Below are positions 13,141-23,676 of a DNA stretch of 64,000 nucleotides, in pieces. A program made the translations under genes and the position numbers. The notes beneath the pieces were generated by a model. That model did no database searches and was not told the origin of the DNA. It saw only the letters and a program-made list of their open reading frames with translations. This DNA comes from Kofleriaceae bacterium. Lineage in GTDB: Bacteria > Myxococcota_A > Polyangia > Haliangiales > Haliangiaceae. Positions within the stretch are counted from its first letter, which is position 1. Each line of letters starts with the position of its first letter. The DNA is taken from NCBI GenBank assembly GCA_965215005.1, contig CBDCCZ010000018.1, positions 160,001 through 224,000 on the forward strand, given 5' to 3'.

Positions 13141-16100
13141 CTAACGCTTCGGGCGGCTCGTACCCGCGGTGGTCGGTCCTGACTCGCGATAGATCACCAG
13201 CGACTCCGCCGTGCGGACATCGTCGTTCTCGCGCGCCACGATGGTGATCTGATTGGAGCCCGGATACAGCGGCAGCGTCGCATCGAACGTTAGCGCGCTC
13301 TCGCTCTTGCCGCCGCGGTTGGACTTGTAGAAGACCTTCTTGTTGTCGACCTTGGCATCCGAGTTGGACACGAAGATGTACACGTCTTCGACGTGCGTGT
13401 CGTCGGTGGCTCGGCCGCGCAGCCGATACTGATCGCTCGTCGTCTCGAGATGAGGCACCTCCACCGCCAACGTCGGCGGCGTCACCTGCCAAATGGGTCG
13501 CACTGCCGCGCGCTTACCACCAGCGGCGACGCTCTCGAGCTTGGCGCTCTCGATGAAGCCGGCGCGACCGCCATCGAGCACCACGCGGGTCCACTCGCCG
13601 AGCCGACCGGTGACCGCAAAGCTCGCCCCCTGCCCCGCCCGCGCGATTGCCCCCGCCTGCTCCGCCGCACCTTCACGAATGTCGGTCGAGCTCTTCACCC
13701 GCACCCACCCCTTCACCGGCGTGACCGGGGTGCCCGCCGGCATCACCCGATAGCGAAGCTTTTCGCCGGTGCTCTCGTGCAGCACCGCATCGTAGACGGT
13801 CATCTCGACCACCAGCTCGTCCTCGCGCAGCGCGGGCAGCACGTCGAATTCGAACTCCACCGTCTTGGACTCGCCGGGCGCCAGCTTGCCGAGCTCGAAC
13901 CGCGCCTTGCGCAGCCGCACGCCATCGCCAGAGGCATTGCGAAGCAGTGCCGTTGGCTCTTTGGCCACTCCATCGCCGATGTTGCGCACCGTCACCCGAA
14001 TGCCGTGCGCCTCGTTCTTCTGCACCAGACCATCGCCGTTCCCCTTATCGATAAGCTGGTGGGTGTAGGCGAACACCGGCCGCTGGGCCGCGACCACTCG
14101 CACCTTTACCGGCGCCACCGAGGTCTGCGCGCCGCTGGCATCGCGGACCGCGAAGCCGAGATGATCGACGCGGTCGATGGCGTCTTCAGGAACCTTCACA
14201 TGCGTCACCCAAGTCTTCTTCTGGCCCGGCTCAATTTTGCCGAAGATGAGCTCGCTCTCGTCGAAGACGTAGTCGTCGGCTTGCACCCGCGCGTGCACCT
14301 GGTGCGCCGCCGTGCTGCCGACATTTTCGACGGTGCCGACCAGCCGAACTTCGTCGCCGGCTTTGATGGTGGAGCCGGGCTCGATGGCCATGCGCGCCAC
14401 CAGCTCGGCCGGCGCCGGCTTGCTGGCCGGCTCGGTCCAGTCGACACCGAGCGCTAGTAGCGCCTTGGCGAGCCGCTCGTGCTCCTGGACTTGGCGCTTG
14501 GCGACCAAGCCGCGCGCTGCCTTGACGAGGTTGGTGCGATCCTTGGCGGCCGCAGTGGCCACCAAGTCGCGCGCCAGGCGCATCTCGAAGTCCTCTACGA
14601 TGTCTTCATCGAGAGGCTCCTCATCGGCGAACGCGCCATCGAGCGGGTCTTTCTGAGCCGGCGGCTCCCACAGAAATCCCAGCTGATAGCTCGCCTCTTC
14701 GGGCTTCTGCGCGTAGCTCGAGATCAGATGTGACGCCAGGTCTTTCTCCTTGTAGCTCTTCTCTGACTTGAGCAGCCGAATCACCTCATCGCGGTCACCG
14801 CTGGCCTTGGCGACCACCATGCGGTGCAGCTCGATGTCGGGCGTGATACCCACCGACTGAATCGATTTGTCGCCGGGCGTGAGGTACTGCGCGATCGTGA
14901 GCTTGAGCTTGGAGCCATCGGCGTTGTCGTAAAGCACTTGCACCGAGCCCTTCCCAAAGGTCGAATTGCCGATGATCACCGCGCGATCGAGATTCTTGAG
15001 CGCGCCCGCGACGATCTCGGAGGCCGACGCCGAGGCGCTATTGACCAGCACCGCCACCGGCGCTTTGTCATCGGTGCCGCGACGGTTGGCGCGCCGCGGC
15101 TCGCGCTCGCGACCGCCCACCGTGGTGACGATGGTGCCCTGATCAACGAACAGATCCGAAACCTTGATGGCCTGCTCGAGCAGCCCGCCGGGATTCCAAC
15201 GCAGGTCGAGCACCCAGGCGCGAGCGCCCTTTTGCTCCAGCGAGTCCATCGCTTCGCGCACCTCCTGCGCGGTATTGCCGGAGAACTGCTTGATGCGGAT
15301 GAGCCCGACTTTCTTGTCCAGGAGCTTGTAGTCCACCGACTCGACGCGAATGAGATCGCGCATCAGCTCGACCCGCCGCAACGTTTTTTCGCCAGGCCGC
15401 TCGATAAATAGCGTGATCTTGGTGCTCGGGTCGCCGCGCATCCGCTCGACCGCCTCGTTCAGCGTGAGGTTCTCGGTGACCTCGTCATCGATTTTAATGA
15501 TGCGGTCGCCGCGGCGAAGGCCGGCGCGACTCGCGGGCGTGCCCTTGATGGGCCGGACGATGGTGAGCTTGCGCTCAAACATGCGAATGACGATGCCCAA
15601 GCCGCCAAACTTGCCGCTCGTAGAAACCTCCATGTCGCGGGCGGTTTCGGGATCGAGCAGCACGGAATGCGGATCGAGGGTCTCGAGCATGCCGTTGACC
15701 GCCGCATACTCGACCCGCGCCAGGTCGGCGCCGGAGTTCACATTGCTTTCAATGAAGCGGAAGATCTTTTTGAGCTTGCTCGAAAGCCGCCACGGCGAAT
15801 CGACTTCTTTGGCCGAAAAGGTCTGCTTCTTGTCGTTGACCACGACCACCACCTCGTCACGCTCGGGGTAGGGCTCGATGAGCACCTCGGGAACGTGGAA
15901 CTGCACCGAGTCCAACGCGGCGTAAAGCATCTTTTTAGGCTCGATCCGGGCCGGATCGACATACGAGTCGCGGATGCGGACCAAGGTGAGGTTGAAGATC
16001 TTGAGGGCGGTCAGGTTGTGCTGTGAAGCCTGAACGGCCGGAGCACCCGGCGCGGCGCGAACTTCGCGGTCACCAATTCCGAAGCTCACCAGCCCCGACG

Positions 16101-16185
16101 GAGACGGCCGGACGATGGTGAGAAACAGAGCGGCGATCGCCGCGATGACCGCAATCAAGGCATGAGGAGTGAGCCGACTGCGCAT
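13141..16185 (-). CDS. Carboxyl-terminal processing protease S41 (myxobacterial MXAN_5808-type) with PDZ and C-terminal Ig-like domains
   Basis: LDPHS, FGGLGI (PDZ), DLRWNPGGLL, SASASEIVAG and TFGKGSVQ motifs. Confidence 0.9.
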   Translation of the reverse strand: MRSRLTPHALIAVIAAIAALFLTIVRPSPSGLVSFGIGDREVRAAPGAPAVQASQHNLTALKIFNLTLVRIRDSYVDPARIEPKKMLYAALDSVQFHVPEVLIEPYPERDEVVVVVNDKKQTFSAKEVDSPWRLSSKLKKIFRFIESNVNSGADLARVEYAAVNGMLETLDPHSVLLDPETARDMEVSTSGKFGGLGIVIRMFERKLTIVRPIKGTPASRAGLRRGDRIIKIDDEVTENLTLNEAVERMRGDPSTKITLFIERPGEKTLRRVELMRDLIRVESVDYKLLDKKVGLIRIKQFSGNTAQEVREAMDSLEQKGARAWVLDLRWNPGGLLEQAIKVSDLFVDQGTIVTTVGGREREPRRANRRGTDDKAPVAVLVNSASASASEIVAGALKNLDRAVIIGNSTFGKGSVQVLYDNADGSKLKLTIAQYLTPGDKSIQSVGITPDIELHRMVVAKASGDRDEVIRLLKSEKSYKEKDLASHLISSYAQKPEEASYQLGFLWEPPAQKDPLDGAFADEEPLDEDIVEDFEMRLARDLVATAAAKDRTNLVKAARGLVAKRQVQEHERLAKALLALGVDWTEPASKPAPAELVARMAIEPGSTIKAGDEVRLVGTVENVGSTAAHQVHARVQADDYVFDESELIFGKIEPGQKKTWVTHVKVPEDAIDRVDHLGFAVRDASGAQTSVAPVKVRVVAAQRPVFAYTHQLIDKGNGDGLVQKNEAHGIRVTVRNIGDGVAKEPTALLRNASGDGVRLRKARFELGKLAPGESKTVEFEFDVLPALREDELVVEMTVYDAVLHESTGEKLRYRVMPAGTPVTPVKGWVRVKSSTDIREGAAEQAGAIARAGQGASFAVTGRLGEWTRVVLDGGRAGFIESAKLESVAAGGKRAAVRPIWQVTPPTLAVEVPHLETTSDQYRLRGRATDDTHVEDVYIFVSNSDAKVDNKKVFYKSNRGGKSESALTFDATLPLYPGSNQITIVARENDDVRTAESLVIYRESGPTTAGTSRPKR

Positions 16186-16343
16186 GAGGCTCAGTATAGA
16201 AGAGCCCCCGCGGTCGAGCCACGAGTAAGTCACCGCGACAGCTAATGAAATCGCGTTTCAACGGCCGCGTAGAATCTGGGAATGCGGAGCCAACCGGGGC
16301 AGTTGAAGGGCCAGCAGGTGGCATAAATGCGCACTTCGGGGCT

Positions 16344-16919
16344 TCATCGAGTATCGGGTGAGCGGTGTGCGTCGCTGGCCGTACTGGCTTCCTGGTCATC
16401 ATCATCATCATCGATGACCAATCGCCCCTCGATGCGCAGTCGAGCGGCGATGGTGCCGAGCGAGGCACGTGCGCCGGGCGGCAACTGGGCGCGGCGTCGC
16501 TCTAGCCGTTCGATGAGACGATCGAGACCAGCGGCGGCGCCCTCGAGCAAGCGCTCGAGCTCTTGCCGCAGCCGGCGCGCCAAAACCGGCGCCGCGGCGT
16601 CGGTGGCGATGGCGATGGTGAGTGGCCCCCGCCGGACCAGCGCGGGCATGGCGAAATCGCACCAGGCGGGGTTATCGTGGGCGTAGCTGAGCGCGCCCGC
16701 CGCGCGCGCGTCTCGCGCTACCGCTTCATTGAAGGCATGGTCGGCGTCGTTGGCGATGACCGCGAACGCGCCTTGACACATGTGGGAACGGTACGCACCC
16801 TTGGGCACCCGAAACAGACGAGCCCCCGCCGCGGTGAGCCGTGAGGCGCGCTCGTCGCAAGCCTTCCCATCCCCAGCGACCACCACCAGGCGATCCAGGA
16901 CATAGAGCGACACTGGCAA
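16344..16919 (-). CDS. Precorrin-2 dehydrogenase/sirohydrochlorin ferrochelatase (CysG N-terminal/SirC-like)
   Basis: [14 protein letters not shown] and [37 protein letters not shown]; start approximate. Confidence 0.8.
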   Translation of the reverse strand: MPVSLYVLDRLVVVAGDGKACDERASRLTAAGARLFRVPKGAYRSHMCQGAFAVIANDADHAFNEAVARDARAAGALSYAHDNPAWCDFAMPALVRRGPLTIAIATDAAAPVLARRLRQELERLLEGAAAGLDRLIERLERRRAQLPPGARASLGTIAARLRIEGRLVIDDDDDDQEASTASDAHRSPDTR

Positions 16920-16958
16920 TGCAGGACGACGGTTCAAGAAGCACGCAGCGGTTGCGTC

Positions 16959-16964
16959 TATAAT
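16959..16964 (+). promoter_or_regulatory. Perfect -10 box (TATAAT) upstream of the sigma factor gene
   Basis: TATAAT 12 nt before ATG 16977, with a GAGG SD-like motif between them. Confidence 0.5.
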
Positions 16965-16976
16965 CTCGAGGATTCT

Positions 16977-18113
16977 ATGGCCGCGCGCAAGGACACCAAG
17001 CAACGCTCTGCCCCGCCGGCCAAGACCGACGACGAGCAGTCAAGTGACGTCGAGCCCGACGGCGACGACTCGCAGCTCGACGAGGACGAGAGCGACGAAG
17101 AAAGCGACGCGGACGCGGACGCGATCGATGTCGAGATCGTTGAGGAAGACGAGGCCGTCACCGGTGACATCGACGCGGAGCTCGAGCGGCTCATCGCGGG
17201 AGAAACCGCCAAAGCGGCCAAACGCAGCGATGCCCGCGTCCAGCTGATCAAGAGCGATCCGCTCACTGCGTACGTACAAGAGACGCGGCGATACCCGCTG
17301 CTGTCGCGCGAAGATGAGCACGAGCTCGCGGTGTTGCTCAAAGAAGAAGGCGATACCGACGCGGCCCGGCGTCTCATCGAGGCCAACCTGCGCCTGGTCG
17401 TCAAGATTGCCTACGAGTACCGCCGCGCCCATCGCAACCTTTTGGACCTGATCCAAGAGGGCAACATCGGCCTGATGAAGGCGGTCAAAAAGTATGACCC
17501 CGACCGCGGCGTCAAGCTCTCGTCCTACGCGGCCTGGTGGATTCGCGCTTACATCCTCAAATTCGTCCTCAACAACTGGCGCTTGGTGAAGATCGGCACG
17601 ACGCAGGCGCAGCGCAAACTGTTCTTCAACCTGCGCAAGGAAAAGGAGCGCCTCGAGCAGCTCGGCTTCACCCCCAGCCCGGCGCTGCTCGCGGAAAATC
17701 TCGAGGTCAGCGAGAAGGACGTCGTCGAGATGGAAAAGCGAATGTCGGCGCCCGATGCGTCCCTCGACGCGCCCATGGGCACCGACGACGACGGCGCCCG
17801 CACGCGCATGGATTTCTTGCCCGACGAAGACAGCGTTCGCCCCGACCGTCGGGTTGCCAACAGCCAATTCAATGAGCTCCTGCGCGACAAGCTCGACACC
17901 TTTGGCAAGACCCTGCAAGGGCGCGAAGAGACCATCTTCCGCGAGCGTCTACTCAACGACTCGCCGCTGACGCTGCAGGAAATCGGCGATCGCTACGGCG
18001 TGAGCCGTGAGCGGGCGCGACAGCTCGAGAAGCGCCTGCTCGGCAAGCTGCGCAAGTTTCTCGAGCAAGAGCTCGGCACCGAGGTCGACATCGGCGCGCT
18101 CGCCCAAGATTGA
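16977..18113 (+). CDS. rpoH: RNA polymerase sigma factor, RpoH/sigma-32 family
   Basis: [31 protein letters not shown], RpoH box [23 protein letters not shown]; acidic N-terminus. Confidence 0.9.
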   Translation: MAARKDTKQRSAPPAKTDDEQSSDVEPDGDDSQLDEDESDEESDADADAIDVEIVEEDEAVTGDIDAELERLIAGETAKAAKRSDARVQLIKSDPLTAYVQETRRYPLLSREDEHELAVLLKEEGDTDAARRLIEANLRLVVKIAYEYRRAHRNLLDLIQEGNIGLMKAVKKYDPDRGVKLSSYAAWWIRAYILKFVLNNWRLVKIGTTQAQRKLFFNLRKEKERLEQLGFTPSPALLAENLEVSEKDVVEMEKRMSAPDASLDAPMGTDDDGARTRMDFLPDEDSVRPDRRVANSQFNELLRDKLDTFGKTLQGREETIFRERLLNDSPLTLQEIGDRYGVSRERARQLEKRLLGKLRKFLEQELGTEVDIGALAQD

Positions 18114-18958
18114 TGACCGGCACCCTCTACGTGGTCGCCACGCCAATCGGCAACCTCGAGGACATGACGTATCGCGCGGTGCGGGTGCTGGGGCAAGTCG
18201 AGCTGATCGCCGCCGAGGACACGCGTTCCGCTGGGTTTCTGCTCAAGCACTACGGCATCAGCGGCGCCAAGCTCATGTCGGTGTTCGAGGGCAACGAAGC
18301 GATGCGCGCGGAGTCGCTAGTCGCTGCGCTGCAAGCGGGTAAGGACGTGGCGCTGGTTTCCGAAGCCGGCACCCCCGGCGTTTCCGATCCCGGCCAGCGC
18401 GTCATCGCGGCGGCCATCGCCGCAAGCGTCCGCGTCGAGGTGCTGCCCGGTGCCACCGCCGCCATCACGGCGCTCGTTGGAAGCGGCCTGCCGAGCGAGC
18501 GCTTCACCTTCGTGGGCTTTTTGCCGCGCGCCGCTGGCGCTCGTCGGGAGCTCTTGGGCAGCTTGCGAAGCGAATCGAGCACGCTCATCTTCTACGAAGC
18601 GCCCGATCGGGTGGTGACGACACTCGAGGACTTGGCTGCGGCGTTTGGCAATGACCGCCGCGCTTCGATCGGCCGCGAGCTCACCAAGTTCCATGAAGAA
18701 TACCTGCGCGGCAGTCTCGCCGAATTGCATTGCCGCTACAGCGAACAGCCGGCGCGCGGCGAGCACGTCCTGGTGGTCGCCGGCGCATCCGCCGACGCTC
18801 AACGAGAAGCAATCGACATCGAGGCCGAGCTGCGCGTTCTCCTAGAGGCTGGCCTGGGCCCCAAAGATGCGGCGCAGCGGCTCGTCGTGCGCTCTGGAAA
18901 GCCACGCCGCCAGCTCTACCAACTCGCGCTGTCGCTGCAGCGAAAGCCGCGCCAATGA
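18113..18958 (+). CDS. rsmI: 16S rRNA (cytidine1402-2'-O)-methyltransferase
   Basis: [31 protein letters not shown] and RELTKFHEE motifs; TGATG overlap with upstream stop. Confidence 0.95.
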   Translation: MTGTLYVVATPIGNLEDMTYRAVRVLGQVELIAAEDTRSAGFLLKHYGISGAKLMSVFEGNEAMRAESLVAALQAGKDVALVSEAGTPGVSDPGQRVIAAAIAASVRVEVLPGATAAITALVGSGLPSERFTFVGFLPRAAGARRELLGSLRSESSTLIFYEAPDRVVTTLEDLAAAFGNDRRASIGRELTKFHEEYLRGSLAELHCRYSEQPARGEHVLVVAGASADAQREAIDIEAELRVLLEAGLGPKDAAQRLVVRSGKPRRQLYQLALSLQRKPRQ

Positions 18959-19019
18959 TTCTGCACGGCCGTGATCGCGCCGCTGCGGCACCGCGCTCCG
19001 CTAGGAAAGAGGTTGCATC

Positions 19020-20291
19020 GTGGACGATTCGCCCGGCCTGCTAGCGTATCAACACGAGCGGCTCGCAAATGGCCTAGAGGTCATCCTGCACCCTGATCCG
19101 CGGGTGCCGCTGGTGGCGGTGAGCATTTGGTATCACGTCGGTGGGGGTCACGAACGCTCGGGTCAGAGCGGGTTCGCGCATCTTTACGAGCACCTGTTCA
19201 AGAATTCCAAGCATCTCGGCGATAGGCACCACTACGCCATCTTGCGTGCCGCCGGCTCGGTGGCTGCGAACGCTCGCACCGGCCGCGACCGCACCGAATA
19301 CTATGAAATTCTGCCAGCCCACGAGCTACCGCTCGCGCTGTGGATCGAAAGCGACCGCATGGGCTACTTCTTGCCCGGCCTCAGCCAGCAGCGACTCGAT
19401 CGCCAGATCGACGTGGTCCGCAACGAGCGCCGCCAACGCTATGAAAACGTCGCGTACGGTCTCGAGCGCTTTGCCATTGCCGAGGCGCTCTATCCCGTCG
19501 GTCACCCGTACCGCTATCTCACCATTGGCAAGCATGAAGATATCGCTTCGGCAACGCTGGCGGAGGTCGAGCGTTTCTACCGAACTTGGTATGTCCCCGC
19601 GAATGCCACGCTCGCCATTGCGGGCAGCTTTGAGTTGGCGCACGCACGGGATCTCGTCGACAAATGGTTTGGCAGCTTTCCCACCTCCACGTGCCCCGAT
19701 CGCAGGATTGCCGCCGCACCGCCGCTAACGGCCAACGTGCGCCTCGAGCTTTGCGATCCGCTGGCCAAGCTGCGCCGCCTTCACCTGGTGTGGCAGGCGC
19801 CGGGCGCGTTCGGCGCCGGTCAAGCCGAGCTATCGCTAGCGGCGCACATTCTCGGCGCCAGCGGCACCGGTCGGCTCTATCGGCGCTTGGTTCACGAGCA
19901 ACGCCTGGCGCAGCGGGTGCGGGTGTCGAACGCGGTGGTGCGTGGCAGTGGCGAGTTGCACGTGGTCATCGATGCCTCGCAAGACGCCTCACTGGCGCAG
20001 ATTGAGAGCATCGTCGCCGACGAGCTCACGCGGCTGGGTCGCGAGCCGGTGACCGCGCGCGAGCTGGAGCGGGCGCTCGCGCGGCGCGAAGCGGCGATTC
20101 TTTGGGGCCTTGAGCGCGTGAGCAACCGGCTGTCGTGGCTGCAGTATTACAACCACCATACGAGTGACCCTGGGTTCCTCAGCCGAGATATGGCGCGATA
20201 TCGATCGGTGACGGCGGACTCGCTGCAAGCGCAGCTAGAGGCGATCCGCAACGCTCCGCGGGTGGAGGTCACAACGCTGCCGGCAGACTGA
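19020..20291 (+). CDS. M16 (pitrilysin-family) zinc peptidase
   Basis: LANGL start, GFAHLYEHL (HxxEH), ESDRM, NERRQR, HPY, YVPANA motifs. Confidence 0.9.
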   Translation: MDDSPGLLAYQHERLANGLEVILHPDPRVPLVAVSIWYHVGGGHERSGQSGFAHLYEHLFKNSKHLGDRHHYAILRAAGSVAANARTGRDRTEYYEILPAHELPLALWIESDRMGYFLPGLSQQRLDRQIDVVRNERRQRYENVAYGLERFAIAEALYPVGHPYRYLTIGKHEDIASATLAEVERFYRTWYVPANATLAIAGSFELAHARDLVDKWFGSFPTSTCPDRRIAAAPPLTANVRLELCDPLAKLRRLHLVWQAPGAFGAGQAELSLAAHILGASGTGRLYRRLVHEQRLAQRVRVSNAVVRGSGELHVVIDASQDASLAQIESIVADELTRLGREPVTARELERALARREAAILWGLERVSNRLSWLQYYNHHTSDPGFLSRDMARYRSVTADSLQAQLEAIRNAPRVEVTTLPAD

Positions 20292-20337
20292 CCGCAGTTC
20301 CGGGCCCAGCACCCGCGAGCCGAAATTCCAGCTTCAG

Positions 20338-21900
20338 TCAATTGTCGCTTCCGCGGCTGCAGCGCAGCTCAGTCTGAGACGCAGACGAGTCGCCGGCGCG
20401 CTGGGCGGGCAGCCGCACCCGCGCCGTGGTGCCGTGGCCCGCGCGACTATCGAGCTCAAGAGCGCCGCCGAGCGAGCGAACGATGTTGGCAGAGATGTAC
20501 AGGCCAAGCCCGCTGCCCTGTCCCGAGGGTTTGGTGGTGACGAACGGCTCGAACACCTGCGCGCGCAGCTCGCTCGACAGGCCGACGCCGGTATCACTCA
20601 CCTCGATGATGACCTCGTCACCGGTGTCGTCGACGAACGTGCGGACGGTGATGACGTTGCGATCGGGGGCTCCTGCTGGAATGGCTTGCAACGCGTTGAC
20701 CACCAGATTGAGAAACACCTGCCCGAGCCGCGAGCCATCGGCAGCCACCTTCGGCACCTGCCCGTAATCGCACGCCAGCTGCGCTCGCTGGCGCAGCTCG
20801 CCGCTGGCCATGCGCAGGGCGCTTTCGAGGATCTCCTTGACCTCGACCAGACGCAGCTCGTCGCGAGGAGCATTGGAAAACCGGCGCAAATCGGCGGCGA
20901 CGAGGCGGATGCGCTCAGCGCCCTCGGCGATGCGTTCCACGCGCTGCCGCAGCGGCGCCGTCGACTGGCTTTGCCCCAGCTCGGCGTCGAGCGCACGCAG
21001 CCCGCCGAGCACGTACGTAAGTGGGTTATTGATCTCGTGGGCGACGCTGGCGGCCAAGATTCCGACCGTGGCCAAACGATCCGAGGCGATCAGCCGCGCT
21101 TGTAGCGCTTGTTGCTCGGTCACGTCCCAGACGATCACGGTGATACCGGAAACCACGCCATCGAGCACGATGGGGCCCATGGCGACCGAGTAGCGCCGCA
21201 GCCCTTCCGCGCCAGGGCCGCTCATCTCGTAGTACACCGGCGCCCGCGACTCGACCACTTGGGTCAGATAGGCCTCGACCTTGGCGCGATCCTCGCCGGT
21301 CGCGTAATGGCTGATCTTGGTGCCGATGACCTGGTCCCGCGGCAGCTGGAAACGATTGGCGTAGCGAATCGTCCCGTCGGTTTCACACGAGACGATCATA
21401 TTGGGCGCCGACTCGAGGATGGAGCGCAGCCGCGCCTTGGATTCACGCAGCTCGCTCTCGATCCGCTTTTGTTCGCTGAGATCGATGAACGTGACCACCG
21501 CACCGGTCACCGCCGCGGTGCCAGCATCCCGCACGGGCACGGCGGCCCATGCAGCCCAGAACACACTGCCGTCCTCGCGCTCCCTGCCGATGATCACCGG
21601 TCCCTGCGGCTCACCCGTCGCCAGCGCCCGCATCACCGGGTACTCGGCCACGGGGCAAGGACGACCATCGGCGTAGCGAGCGCTCGCACTGACGTCGCCG
21701 ACACCGCGCGCCGTCAGCGCTTCAATCGACGTGTCGAGAATTCGCAGCGCCTCGCGGTTGGCGTTGCGAATTCGGCCATCGGCGTCGACGAATAGCACTC
21801 CGCCCGGAAGTGCCTCGAGGATGCGCTGATTGAGCTCGACGAGCGCTTCGAGCTCGTCGCGGCTGGCAATCGATTGTCGTGCGTCATTGCCCCGTGCCAT
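20338..21900 (-). CDS. Cytoplasmic PAS-domain sensor histidine kinase
   Basis: Two PAS-like domains; H-box AHEINNPL, N-box QVFLNLVVNA, DTGVG, FVTTK, GSGLGL. Confidence 0.92.
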   Translation of the reverse strand: MARGNDARQSIASRDELEALVELNQRILEALPGGVLFVDADGRIRNANREALRILDTSIEALTARGVGDVSASARYADGRPCPVAEYPVMRALATGEPQGPVIIGREREDGSVFWAAWAAVPVRDAGTAAVTGAVVTFIDLSEQKRIESELRESKARLRSILESAPNMIVSCETDGTIRYANRFQLPRDQVIGTKISHYATGEDRAKVEAYLTQVVESRAPVYYEMSGPGAEGLRRYSVAMGPIVLDGVVSGITVIVWDVTEQQALQARLIASDRLATVGILAASVAHEINNPLTYVLGGLRALDAELGQSQSTAPLRQRVERIAEGAERIRLVAADLRRFSNAPRDELRLVEVKEILESALRMASGELRQRAQLACDYGQVPKVAADGSRLGQVFLNLVVNALQAIPAGAPDRNVITVRTFVDDTGDEVIIEVSDTGVGLSSELRAQVFEPFVTTKPSGQGSGLGLYISANIVRSLGGALELDSRAGHGTTARVRLPAQRAGDSSASQTELRCSRGSDN

Positions 21901-21990
21901 TCCCCCTCCCAGGTTTGGGCGCGCGCTCGATGAGCTTACCGCAACCGCGGCACCGGCGACATCGCCTGGCGTCGTAAGGGTGAAACAAAC

Positions 21991-23676
21991 TTACTCGAGG
22001 GGCCGCGCGTAGACGCTCACGATCGGCACGCCCTGCACGGTCAGCACGTAGGCCGGCTGCACCGTGCCGTAGCTCTGCCAGATCAGGAAGTCGTGCCGGC
22101 GAAAGTGCTTCTCGTGCACCACGATAGCGTAGCGCGAGCGGCCGATGCCGGCGGCTTCGTGGCCAGCATCGCCAAAACCGGCGGGCAACAGCCCCGCGTC
22201 GATGTAGAGCGGCCACGCGGGCGAGGCGTCGTGACTGTAAACTAGCCCCGGCTCTTGAGCACGCAGCCACGCCAGCACGCCGCGCGCTGCATAGCCCCAA
22301 AACTGCCGATTCATACCGAGGTCGGCACCGCCCGGCGCGCCCCCCGCGAGGGCATTGTAGGAGCTGAGCGCATACGGCTGCGCGGAAACCGTTTCCGCGA
22401 GCCCCGCACCGGCGACCGATAGCATCACGAGCGCTCGCAGAACCACGCCGCCTCTCGCAGCGAGCCAATGGCGCGCGGCGCAAAGCGTTGCCGCGTGCCG
22501 ACCAGCCCACACCACCCCAATGCCGGCAAAGATCGCGATGCTGGGCAGTGCCGGCGCCCAGTGCTTCTCGGCGCCGAAGATGGGCGTGGTGCCGAGAAAG
22601 AACGGTCCCATACTCACCCCGGCCGATAGCACTAGCAGCAACGCCGGCGCGCGCCCCGGGTCGGCAGCGCGGCCCGCCCACGCGCGAGAAGCAACCGCAG
22701 CGGCTCCCACTAACGCCGCTGCCAGGGTCGCCACTGGCACCGTGAGCAGCGTGGTAACCAGCGCGACGTGCCACGGAAACGGCGGGTGGTTGTAGTTGCT
22801 CCCGAGATATTCGAAGTTGTAGTGGACGTGGTGGAGGTGGAATCCGATCCACGCGCGTAGATGCGCGAGGGTGTCAAACCACAGCCACGGCCATAGGAGG
22901 ATCAGCACCGCCGGCCCCAGCAGCGCGAGGCATGCCAATAACAGTGGTTGTCGGTGCGTGATGCCGCGGAGCGCCGCGCGCAGCGCTCGCGCCCCGCCCT
23001 CGCCAAGCTGCTCGCGCTGCGACCAAACTCCGAGCCACAGGTAGTGCACCAGCAGCGCCACCGGCAACAGGATCGCGTTGTGCTTGGTGGCCAGGCACAG
23101 CCCAAACGCCACCCCAGCCGCCACGCACCAGCGCTTGTCAGTCAGTCCTTTGAAATAGCAATAGATCGCTATAAACCAGGTCGTCACGATCGGCGCGTCG
23201 AAGGTCGCGAGCCCTGCATGAAACAGCGGCCGCGGCACGAGCAACAGCAGAACGGCCGCCATCAGCCCCTCGGCATAGCCCCAAACGCGCGCCGCAAAGC
23301 AATAGACCAGCAGCACCAGCAGCGACCAAGCCAGAGCGGTGGGCAGTCGATACGCGGTGAGCTCACTGGTCCAGCCCAAACGGTGGTGGAAGAGCCGCTC
23401 GGAAAGGCCAAACAATGTCTTCATCAGCGGCGGGTGCTCGCGGTTATTATCGGTTGCACCTGGGCCGCCAAAGTGCGCGGTGATGCTCGACTCGGTGAGC
23501 ATCTCGTCGTCGCCGCGCGCCAGCGCCAACCACCAGCTCGCGTAGCGCGAGCCGTGGCGCATGTACACCACCTCGTCGCGCACGATTCCCTGCTCGCGCT
23601 GCGCCACCACCACCGCGGCCAACGTGATCGAGAACAGCACCACCGCGGTGCCGCGATGCAACGCGCGCCGGCTCAC
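21991..23676 (-). CDS. GT39/ArnT-like membrane glycosyltransferase
   Basis: RDEVVY, EHPPLMK and ATKHNA motifs; many TMs; GTG overlaps upstream stop. Confidence 0.75.
   Translation of the reverse strand: MSRRALHRGTAVVLFSITLAAVVVAQREQGIVRDEVVYMRHGSRYASWWLALARGDDEMLTESSITAHFGGPGATDNNREHPPLMKTLFGLSERLFHHRLGWTSELTAYRLPTALAWSLLVLLVYCFAARVWGYAEGLMAAVLLLLVPRPLFHAGLATFDAPIVTTWFIAIYCYFKGLTDKRWCVAAGVAFGLCLATKHNAILLPVALLVHYLWLGVWSQREQLGEGGARALRAALRGITHRQPLLLACLALLGPAVLILLWPWLWFDTLAHLRAWIGFHLHHVHYNFEYLGSNYNHPPFPWHVALVTTLLTVPVATLAAALVGAAAVASRAWAGRAADPGRAPALLLVLSAGVSMGPFFLGTTPIFGAEKHWAPALPSIAIFAGIGVVWAGRHAATLCAARHWLAARGGVVLRALVMLSVAGAGLAETVSAQPYALSSYNALAGGAPGGADLGMNRQFWGYAARGVLAWLRAQEPGLVYSHDASPAWPLYIDAGLLPAGFGDAGHEAAGIGRSRYAIVVHEKHFRRHDFLIWQSYGTVQPAYVLTVQGVPIVSVYARPLE

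Noticed and set aside
16396..16412. (TCA)n trinucleotide run
   Set aside because: Encodes a poly-Asp stretch in the sirC-like tail; in-frame and short
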